A DNA stretch of 64,000 nt from Tetramitus jugosus (Eukaryota; Protista; Heterolobosea): contig OW569378.1 of the NCBI GenBank assembly GCA_937625935.1, positions 372,001-436,000 on the forward strand, given 5' to 3'. The notes under the pieces were generated by a model. That model made no database searches, had not been told where the DNA came from, and was given only the letters and a program-made list of their open reading frames with translations. The position numbers were made by a program, and so were the translations under genes. Of this stretch, positions 20,908-29,689 are shown piece after piece (within the stretch, counting starts at the first letter, position 1; each line of letters opens with the position of its first letter).

Positions 20908-21810
20908 ATGAGAGCTGTTACCCTAGTGTCCGTTTTGTTGTTGGCTCTTGTTGCCTTCACTGTCGCTCGTTTCCAACCAAGAACTCTTCCATATCGTCCA
21001 ACAAGAAGAGTCTTCAAGCCTGTCGTTGCTGCTGATTTGACTCAGTACAACTTTGACAAGACTGGATTGAACTTTTGGCAAGCCATTGACGAGTTCAAGA
21101 AGGCAAAGAAGGCCTATGATGAAATCAATAAGTCTTCTGCTGATGAGAGTGAATACTCATTCAACAAGTCTGGTTTGAACTTTTGGCAAGCTCTTGATGA
21201 GCTAAAGAAGGCAAAGAAGGCTTATGATGTGATCAACCGTGAAGAAGCAGAAGTTGCCTCTGACTTGGCTCAATACAGCTTTGACAAGTCTGGTTTGAAC
21301 TTTTGGCAAGCAATTGATGAACTCAAGAAGGCAAAGAATGCTTATGACACCATCAACAAGGTTCAAGATGATGAAGAAGACGAAGAAGAGGACTACTCCT
21401 TCAACAAGACTGGATTGAGCTTCTGGCAAGCAATTGATGAATTCAAGAAGGCAAAGAATGCCTACGACGAATTGAACACTGCCCAAGACGACGAAGAAGA
21501 CTATTCATTCAACAAGTCCGGATTGAACTTTTGGCAAGCAATTGACGAATTCAAGAAGGCAAAGAATGTTTATGATGAGTTGAACAAGGTTGAAGACGAT
21601 GAGGAAGAAGACTACTCCTTCAACAGATCTGGTTTGAACTTTTGGCAAGCCATCGATGAGCTCAAGAAGGCAAAGAACGTTTATGATGAATTGAACACTG
21701 CTCAAGACGACGACGAAGAAGACTACTCCTTCAACAAGTCCGGATTGAACTTTTGGCAAGCAATTGACGAATTCAAGAAGGCAAAGAAGGCTTATGACGA
21801 ATTGAACTAA
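20908..21810 (+). CDS. Secreted multi-repeat peptide precursor (7 x 28-aa cores, acidic spacers)
   Basis: Signal peptide MRAVTLVSVLLLALVAFTVA, basic Pro/Arg pro-segment, then seven cores of consensus YSFNKSGLNFWQAIDEFKKAK(K/N)AYDELN. Confidence 0.9.
   Translation: MRAVTLVSVLLLALVAFTVARFQPRTLPYRPTRRVFKPVVAADLTQYNFDKTGLNFWQAIDEFKKAKKAYDEINKSSADESEYSFNKSGLNFWQALDELKKAKKAYDVINREEAEVASDLAQYSFDKSGLNFWQAIDELKKAKNAYDTINKVQDDEEDEEEDYSFNKTGLSFWQAIDEFKKAKNAYDELNTAQDDEEDYSFNKSGLNFWQAIDEFKKAKNVYDELNKVEDDEEEDYSFNRSGLNFWQAIDELKKAKNVYDELNTAQDDDEEDYSFNKSGLNFWQAIDEFKKAKKAYDELN
21046..21807 (+). repeat. Coding tandem repeat, 7 units of about 105-120 bp
   Basis: Recurrent TGGCAAGC and AAGAAGGCAAAGAA blocks in all seven units; 84-nt cores with variable GA-rich spacers. 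Confidence 0.95.
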
Positions 21811-21926
21811 ATATTAAATTTGAGTCACTTGTTTCAGCAATTGTTGTTTCAGATTAGTTGAAGCACGGGACGCAGCAGCAGCTGTAAAGAGTCAACCTGC
21901 CTCCGAAGGTCCACATAAATTTATCC

Positions 21927-23459
21927 ATGTCACTTGTCACAGAAATCAGGACCGTTGATACTTACTTCAATATCTGGGAAAGGATTTGCTACAACACACA
22001 GACACCCGAAAAATCACAAACGATAACTGATAAAACGCATTTGGTAACAACAACTCAATCATCCGCCACAATGATACGCACCAACAGTCTCAACAACAGC
22101 ACCAGTTCAAAATTACTCCGATGGTGTCAATTCGTGACACAAGAGTACCCAAATGTTGACATTACGAATTTGAATGAAAGCTTTAGAAATGGGTTGGCCA
22201 TGTGTGCCATCTTGCATCACTTTCACCCTGACTTGTTCGACTATGCTTCTCTGAACGAAGGAAACCCAAGCTTCAATCACAAGCTGCACACGGAGCAATT
22301 TGAACTGGTCGGAGGAACATCGTACGTTGAACCGGATGATTTCTCGTTGAAGCGTTTGGAGGAGAAATCTCTGTTTACGCATTTGCGCACCATGTATGAA
22401 ACGTTGAATGACCGCGCGCCACATGTCGGTTATTTTGATAAGAAGACGTACGCGCCATTCGGATCCGAAACCACTACGGTTGCAGAGGATGACGTTGGTG
22501 ATATGAGCGATGTTGAAAACGAAGATGTTGATAACAAGAGAGATGACAACAATGGCGGCGGCAATAATGACCATACAGTAACACAACAACAAATACAACA
22601 ACAACAACAACAACAAAATGTTGTTGAGGAAGACGAAAAGACTAGGCGCAGAAGAGAGCACTTGGAACGATTTGAAAGGGAGAGATTAGCTCGTGAGCAA
22701 GAAGCTGAACAGCTCTTAGCTACAACAATAACAAGCACAGAAGCTACTGAACCAACTGTAGCTACAGACTCGATAATGACTGATGATGAGAATGAGAATG
22801 ATACTACTGCTACTACTACTACTACTAGTATCAGCAATGATGACAAGATGGATACTTCGATTGCTGTTGTGACTGAGAATCATGATGACAATGAGATACT
22901 AAGAATGAAGAATGCTGAGATTGAGGCACAAGAACAGAAATTGTTGTTGTTGCGACAGGAGCACGAACAACAGTTACAAGGCTTACAATTCCAATTCCAA
23001 CAATTCCAAGAGCAAAGCGCGCAGAGACAACAAGAGCTCGAACAAAATCAAAGAGCACAACAAGAGTTGCTACAAAAAGAACTGGAAACTCAAAGACAAG
23101 ATCAAGAAAAGCTCAGAGTGGAGCTACAAGAGCAAGTTCGATCACTGGTGGAGCATCATCAGTTTGAGCTACAAGAGAAGCAGGATAAGCTTCAATTGTC
23201 GCTGCAGCAACAAAAAGAAGAGCATGGATCAGAAGTACAAAAGTTGCAACAACAGTTGCATCAACAGAAGGAGAGAGAACAGGATTTGGTGCGTCAATTG
23301 CAACAAAAGGAGCAACAATGGAAGGAACAGACAGAAAAACTGCAACAGCAACTGCAGGAAAAGAGCAACAATTCTTTCTTCTCTCAATTGCCAACTGCTG
23401 TGCAAATTGGTATCGTTGCTGTTCCTGCACTGTTGATTATGGCTTATTGTTTCTTTTAA
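21927..23459 (+). CDS. Calponin-homology (type 2, MICAL/EHBP1/smoothelin-like) + coiled-coil + C-terminal TM anchor protein
   Basis: LLRWCQ..YPNVDITNL..SFRNGLAMCAILHHFHPDL; Q/E-rich coiled coil; hydrophobic C-terminus. True start may be the ATG at 22071. Confidence 0.85.
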   Translation: MSLVTEIRTVDTYFNIWERICYNTQTPEKSQTITDKTHLVTTTQSSATMIRTNSLNNSTSSKLLRWCQFVTQEYPNVDITNLNESFRNGLAMCAILHHFHPDLFDYASLNEGNPSFNHKLHTEQFELVGGTSYVEPDDFSLKRLEEKSLFTHLRTMYETLNDRAPHVGYFDKKTYAPFGSETTTVAEDDVGDMSDVENEDVDNKRDDNNGGGNNDHTVTQQQIQQQQQQQNVVEEDEKTRRRREHLERFERERLAREQEAEQLLATTITSTEATEPTVATDSIMTDDENENDTTATTTTTSISNDDKMDTSIAVVTENHDDNEILRMKNAEIEAQEQKLLLLRQEHEQQLQGLQFQFQQFQEQSAQRQQELEQNQRAQQELLQKELETQRQDQEKLRVELQEQVRSLVEHHQFELQEKQDKLQLSLQQQKEEHGSEVQKLQQQLHQQKEREQDLVRQLQQKEQQWKEQTEKLQQQLQEKSNNSFFSQLPTAVQIGIVAVPALLIMAYCFF

Positions 23460-23635
23460 GATGGTGAACTTGTGATCGCAAATTACAAATTATTTATTGC
23501 TTTATTCGTCGTGTTGTTGTTTTCATGTTTGTGATTCTTTAGCGTAAGTTGTGACAATCGCAATCTGTTTGACACCTAAATACTTTGTGCAAGGAATTCC
23601 ATTGAGGGTTTAATTTAATGCTCGTTTTACTTTTT

Positions 23636-24432
23636 TTACAAGTGGAAATGAACAGGTCTGGATCCAGTGGACACAAACAACTCACACGGCGCCACAGATC
23701 GATCATCTCTCTTCTCTGATATCCATTTTGCTGTTGTCGTACGTCTCACCTTTATAATAAAGTGCTTTCTTGCCCATAGTACCACATTAGGATCAATAGT
23801 CGTCTGAGTAGACAACAAATTGTCCAATGAATCATCCTTTTTCTCTGGCACAATCTTTACTTGGAGGTTCAAATCAGAGAACACTCTTCTCTTCTTGTGT
23901 TGGTTCAATTCTTCATTGGTCAAGCTCTTGCTGACTGTGAGATTGTCCTGCGAAAATTTTCTCTTCTTATTGTTAGTGTTGTTCGTGTTGTTAGCTAAGA
24001 GTGAGGATTTTTCTTCTTGGTTTTGGATGGATTGTAGCACTGACATGTCCAATTGTTCATCATCATCATCATTGTCATTATTGGCATCTTGCTTTTGTTC
24101 CTTGTCGTTTGTGGTTGTTGAAGCTTGATGCAAGTTGACGAGCTTATTGTGACTTCTTTGCTTCTTCTTGCTTTTTTGATCCTTTTGTTGTTGCAATTGT
24201 TGTTGTAGCTTTTGGCTGTCGGTTGTTCATGAAATGGCATCATTGGGAAGAACAAAAAGTGTCAGCAGCGATACATTGTAGTCAATCGGAGAATATATTT
24301 TGGCGCGAAAGTCGGAGTTACTTACAATTCTTCGGCAGCCGCTTGTTTGTTGGATTTGGAGGAGACTTCCATTGGAACTTCTTCTTCATCATCAGAATCA
24401 ATTGCGCTTATCACTGTCTTTGGTGTATTCAT
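23636..24432 (-). CDS. Small nucleolar-type protein, NOL7/Bud21-like; two exons (24432-24326, 24215-23636)
   Basis: Exon 1 MNTPKTVISAIDSDDEEEVPMEVSSK.. splices in frame (GTAAGT..GACAG, 110 nt) to the 24196 ORF. SDDxxPxEVS-like motif and basic tracts. Confidence 0.5.
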
Positions 24433-24655
24433 TTTTTTTCGTTGCGTTTTTCGTCGTCTTGTTTTCGTGTTTGAACAAAAATTGTTTGCTTTTTGTGTGT
24501 GAACAGTTCAATAAAATTAAAGAATCGCAACTAGATTCTCCGATCCCGTTGGGAATGAATACAATGGTTGGAGTACAATTCGGCAGCCGAATGAAAAGGC
24601 CAAGGTGGAACATGTCATTTCTTCGATAATGTGGATTGGTGATGATGATGTTTAT

Positions 24656-25258
24656 TTACAATTTGTGATTCACGGCTGCCAACAGAACAAAAACCTTGAC
24701 AAACTCGAGCAAGACATAGACAATGTGAGTCAGTGGTGCATTGCCCTTGGCATGAGCCTTCCTTCCATGCACAGTTTCTTGTATGACATGAATTCCAGAT
24801 CGATCAAGTATCGGTTGCATCACCATGACTTGCATGACTAGAAACAACACTGGTATGACATCCAACAGCGTAACAACAGTCATGTCAGACGAACAAATGA
24901 CTGTGAAAAGGTACCACAAACAAGCAAGAAACACTTCGGCCCTATTCAATGCAAAGAACACTGTTCTTCCCATGTCCAATCCAATATATCGAACACAGTA
25001 TTGAGCTCTAAACTTGACCCAGGCTTCCAGTAACGAGACACCAAAGACTAGTCCACACCAGACGAGTTGTACCATGGCAGCATGTTTTGGCTTGATTCTC
25101 TGACTCAGGTGCAATGGATCTATTGTAATCCTCTGTTGATGCGCAAGTACCAGTGTGATCAGTGTCATGATGATCGCAGGGATGCGATTGGAGTAGTGCT
25201 TGGGCACGATTGACTTGTGAATCTTGTCAATTTGATCTGGAGTTGTTGAAATGACCAT
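24656..25258 (-). CDS. Multi-pass membrane protein (DUF4149/TMEM205-like)
   Basis: Four to five hydrophobic segments; LEAWVKFRA..GLDMGRTVFFALNRAE; first ATG at 25258. Confidence 0.6.
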   Translation of the reverse strand: MVISTTPDQIDKIHKSIVPKHYSNRIPAIIMTLITLVLAHQQRITIDPLHLSQRIKPKHAAMVQLVWCGLVFGVSLLEAWVKFRAQYCVRYIGLDMGRTVFFALNRAEVFLACLWYLFTVICSSDMTVVTLLDVIPVLFLVMQVMVMQPILDRSGIHVIQETVHGRKAHAKGNAPLTHIVYVLLEFVKVFVLLAAVNHKL

Positions 25259-25470
25259 AGCGTTGTGTTTTTGTTGGTTGGAGCTCCCCTGTTCACCACA
25301 AGATCTTTTGGTGAGCAAATAGCTTCTCGGAAAAACTCTTCACAAGGTGAGTTGTGGTTTTGGCTAAAAAAGAGCAAAGGTTTGTGCAAATGTCGTAATG
25401 GACAATGTCTCGGTAGGTGTGATACAACGTTGCGAACGGTGAACTAAAACTGGTGTTGTTCTTTATGAAT

Positions 25471-28400
25471 TCATGGGTTTGATCTAAACAACCTGTTGGT
25501 TGTAGTTTTTCTGATCGATTTCAGTGAGAACTCTCTTGGTTGAGTTGACTTGTGAAGGTGTATTCCAGCTTCACTTGCTAATGACTTGGCAGTCTTCTTG
25601 TTGGCATTCTTCTTTGTAATCTTAGCATTACCGATATAGGTCAAAATTTCACACATTTCTACATTCTTGGCTTCAATGGCATAGTGCAGTGCTGTGTTGC
25701 CCTTCTTGTCCTTCTCATCCACATCTACCTCATAGCACAGAGACAAGTATTTCACAATCTTGGTGTGACCCTTGATCACAGCCATGTGCAATGCAGACTG
25801 ACCTGTGTTCAGATCCTTTTCATTCAATCGATCCTTGAGAAATCGTTGCACACGTTTCATTCCATGCCCGTCATCCTCTAAATCGGATGTAGCATGATGG
25901 GATACAAACGAGGAGTTGAATGAGCTCGAAGCAGTGAATGATCCATAGTCTGCCGTTGAACCAGATGTCATATCGTTTGCACTTTGCATAAACACTCGAT
26001 CTGCTGATTTGATCAATGCCTGGATAATGATCAGCAAACTCTTCAAGTAACCATTGGCAGCAGCTTCGTGGAACACTGTTCGACCATTGCGCGTCAACAC
26101 GCCAGTCAACTTGCACAGACTCTTGTAGGACTGACTGGGTGAGCTGTACATGACATGCTCGCAAATGTAAAATACAATCGAGTAGTTGGACAGAGAACTG
26201 AACAGAACATTCTCTCGATCTTGATTCAATCGAGAAACAGATGCAGAACACTCCTCAATCAAAAATTTGACTCTCTTCAGGTATCCCTCTCGAGAGGCAA
26301 TGTGAAGACAAGTGTCACCCTTGATGCCTCTCATGTGCACATCAGCTCTACCCAGTGACAACATTTTGATAATTTCAAGGCAATTGTTTCTCATAGCAAT
26401 CAACAGTGGATACACAGAGTACATGTCATTTGCATTCAAATCTGCTGCATTCAATATCAAACAACACACTGCTTCAATGGCGTTATTCGCACATGCATAG
26501 TGCAATGGTGTTGCCTTGATTGCATCAGTCTCATTCACGTTGGCTCCATGATTGATCAACAGTTGCATAATTTGATAATTGTTCATGCGAGCAGCAACGT
26601 GCATTGGTGTCACCTTTCGAGCTCCATAGTGAGAATTTGTGTGAACGAGTGCACTGCCTGTCGACTCTGATATTCTGTTGAGAATGTGAGCTACAGCAGA
26701 TAGGCCTCGGTCACTGGGCAAGCCACACAAATGAATCAACTGTTCTTGAATCGTTGGATACTTGCTCATGATCATTCTCTGAGATTTTGTCATTTGTTCG
26801 ACAGACTCATGAATAATCATCTCATCACCCTCTTCTTCCTCTTGCTCATACGCAATTCCATCAATGATTCGTGCTCCAGATGATCCCATTCCCAATCCAT
26901 TGTCATCATCAACAGCACCATCGTGATCATCATTATTGTTCAATGCGTCTCTTTCATCATTATGACGTTGATCACCATCTTCTTCTTCTTCTTCTTGAGT
27001 GACACTATCGATCAAACCAGCAAAATGATTCGAATGACGACCAATGATTTGTATATCACTAAATTCATCCAAATCAGTTGAATCGTCCTCTGGCAATATT
27101 CCATTTGGATGATGACGATGATGGTGATTGTGACGATTTTGATTATGGTTATTGTGTTGATCCATTTCGTTATCTGATTGAGAGTACTCTTCTCCAGTTG
27201 AAACGACATCTTGCCATAAACCAATTTCATCCGCTTCACTACTATCTCCATTCGCTTCCTCACTATTATGATGGTTGTTATTATTCGTGTCATGATTGTT
27301 ATTGTTGTTGTTCGTCATTGTATTGTTGTTCACTTTACTATTCTTGTTGTTATTGTTGTGTTGTCTCGTCGTTGCGTCAAACACTGAATCTTCCTCATTG
27401 TCTGACAATACTTGAGAGTGCGAATTGAATGCTGATACTGATGCGGTTCTCATCATTCTTGTCATGTGGTGATCCACATCTCTATGGTGGTCATGTTCAT
27501 CTGCTAATGTTACGATAGCAGATTCACTTACATGTGGTGCATCGAGAGCTCCATATGTGAATGGTGCAGCCGTAGTGTTGTTACTGTTGTTCACTTTTGG
27601 CGATTGTTGTGATAACGATTGTCGTGCAGCAGTGGGAATTTGTTGAGTGGGTGTGCGAGGGGATGTTGGAGGTGAGGATATAGGTGAGTTGACCAGTGAT
27701 GCTGCTGGTCCATTGTTCAAACGACCAGGGGAGTTTGGTGGTGACATTGACGTCGAAAAGAGCAAATCGTTGTTTTTGCTAATTTGCTTACTGTTGTGAG
27801 CAGATGTTGTGGTGAGAGAAGACAAGGTGAATCCTCCTCCAGTGGTGTTATTAGCTGAGGCATTGTCCTTGTTGTCATAGTGATAATGGTGCAAGTTGTA
27901 GCTCTTGGGTGGAGGCGTCGTTGTGAGTGGTAGCTTCGCTTCAGAAGCAGTTGTCGAATGTGTCGTAGCAGTGTGTGACGTGGGGCAGTGCCTGAGCGCA
28001 GTGACGCTAGAATTTTGTAAGAGCTCAATCAATGGACTCACTGGACCCACCATTGGACTCATTGTAATACTGGGTAGCCTTGTGTACACGTGCTTCATTC
28101 GACGAAAGGTGGCTCTATTTGGCGCCAAATTTCCCATCCATTCTGCGACGATTTACAGAAAAAATTGTATTCATAATCATCATTTTTAGCAAAGAAGAAA
28201 AAAGAAAAAAACTAGTGTGTGAGCTCAACATGTCAAACAGCTAAGCAAAAAAAACTCAAAACTTATTAAGAGCAGCAGTGACTCACCTGGTGTAATATCC
28301 ATAATGGACCGTTTTTGTGATACACGACACGAAAATTGCTCCACATGCTTTGCTGGTGGTGATTGTTGACTGTGATGACGGTGCAAGTACAAGTTCCCAC

Positions 28401-28515
28401 CTTGATAACTCCTTCGATGACTACTCAATAATTCATTGTGTATCGTTGTAGTTGTTGGGGATGTTGGAGATGTGGGAGAGGTTGGTGCTGATGACGATGG
28501 AGGTGGAGCATACAT
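25471..28515 (-). CDS. Ankyrin repeat protein with long disordered N-terminus; two exons (intron 28286-28143)
   Basis: C-terminal ankyrin motifs (TPMHVAA, TPLHYAC, TCLHIAS, SALHMAV, TALHYAI). The 28515 ORF joins in frame via GTGAGT..CGCAG. Confidence 0.85.
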
Positions 28516-29240
28516 GGATAATTTTTAATGTTGGTGGTTGTTCGTCTTCAAATTATGTACAGTAAGTGTTGGTTGTTGCAAGAAGAAACGTTTTTTTCCT
28601 CCGTGTGTCTGTTTGTGTGATGTTGTTTTTTTAAATTGGTGTTTTGTTTGTTGTGAACGAAAGCTCAGTTGTTGGTGCGCACCAATGATGGGAAATTTTT
28701 CGTTTCTGTTGTTTGTTGTTGGTGTTGCTCGCAAAGCTCAGGTATTGTTCTATTATTGATATTCGCTCGGCAAGCCTGTTCTGTTGATGATGTCTGATGT
28801 TTGCTTAGACAACAGCCATCTTGCTTTGTCCAAGATAGTGAATAGGTTTTTTGGTGCCGACAAACATACCAACTGTCATCAAATGCGCCGACAGAGCAAT
28901 AAATCGTTTTTGGGGTTGGGCTGAAATTTTCATGTTGATGGTGTTGAACATCACAATAACACAATTCCATCATCCCAAATCATTCCATGAGAGTGTGCTC
29001 GCTCATTGACTCGTCAAGGATTATTTCCCAGCCGTAGATCAAGGACATTAGACAGGTAACGCCACCTGTCATTTGTGTGCTGGAAGAACAGGAATGTAAT
29101 TTTACAAAAAACATTGCAAAATTTATTTTTAACCAGAATTCAGGGGACAAAATTCTGATCGACATTGATTGGGTTAACACAACAAACCACACAAACAACG
29201 AAACAAAATAAAACAAAGAAACAAACTCCTAAACATCATC

Positions 29241-29567
29241 ATGCAAGCTCTCGCACCAAACCACTTGTACTCTGCCAACGTCCACAACAAGACCAGCAAG
29301 CCAGTCTCCGTCACTGTTCAATACCAAGCTTTGGGTCACAACGAATCCAAGACTGAGACCATTGCTCCAAACTCTAGCAAGCTCTTTGAACAAGTCACTT
29401 TTGATCAAGGTAGCTCCACCAGTGTTGCTCCAGTGCATCAAATTGCTGCAAAGTTCGAAGACAGCAATGATGTCCACACCCATGCTCCACAAGTTCAAGG
29501 TGTCAACAGGGTCAAGGACTTCCATGTTGTTGAAGAGAATGAAGCTATCAAGGTTCAACAACTCTAA
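29241..29567 (+). CDS. Small (108 aa) beta-strand-rich protein of unknown function
   Basis: Clean ORF after an A/C-rich leader, strongly biased codons (AAG, AAC, GTC, GCT), AATAAA just after the stop. Confidence 0.75.
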   Translation: MQALAPNHLYSANVHNKTSKPVSVTVQYQALGHNESKTETIAPNSSKLFEQVTFDQGSSTSVAPVHQIAAKFEDSNDVHTHAPQVQGVNRVKDFHVVEENEAIKVQQL

Positions 29568-29689
29568 AAGAATAAAATCATCTTGTATTTTTACACGATC
29601 ATTTGTGTTGGATGATCTTGGCGATCTTTCAATGGAGAGCTCCTCTCCTTGATTTTTTTTTTACTGGATCAAAATGTTGTAGTGAGTCA

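Noticed and set aside
21046-21807. Repeat-spacer pattern resembling a CRISPR array
   Set aside because: The units are in-frame coding repeats with synonymous variation behind a signal peptide; the context is eukaryotic and no cas genes are present.
28118-28129. TTTGGCGCCAAA palindrome as a promoter site
   Set aside because: It lies inside the coding exon (NLAP) of the ankyrin gene.
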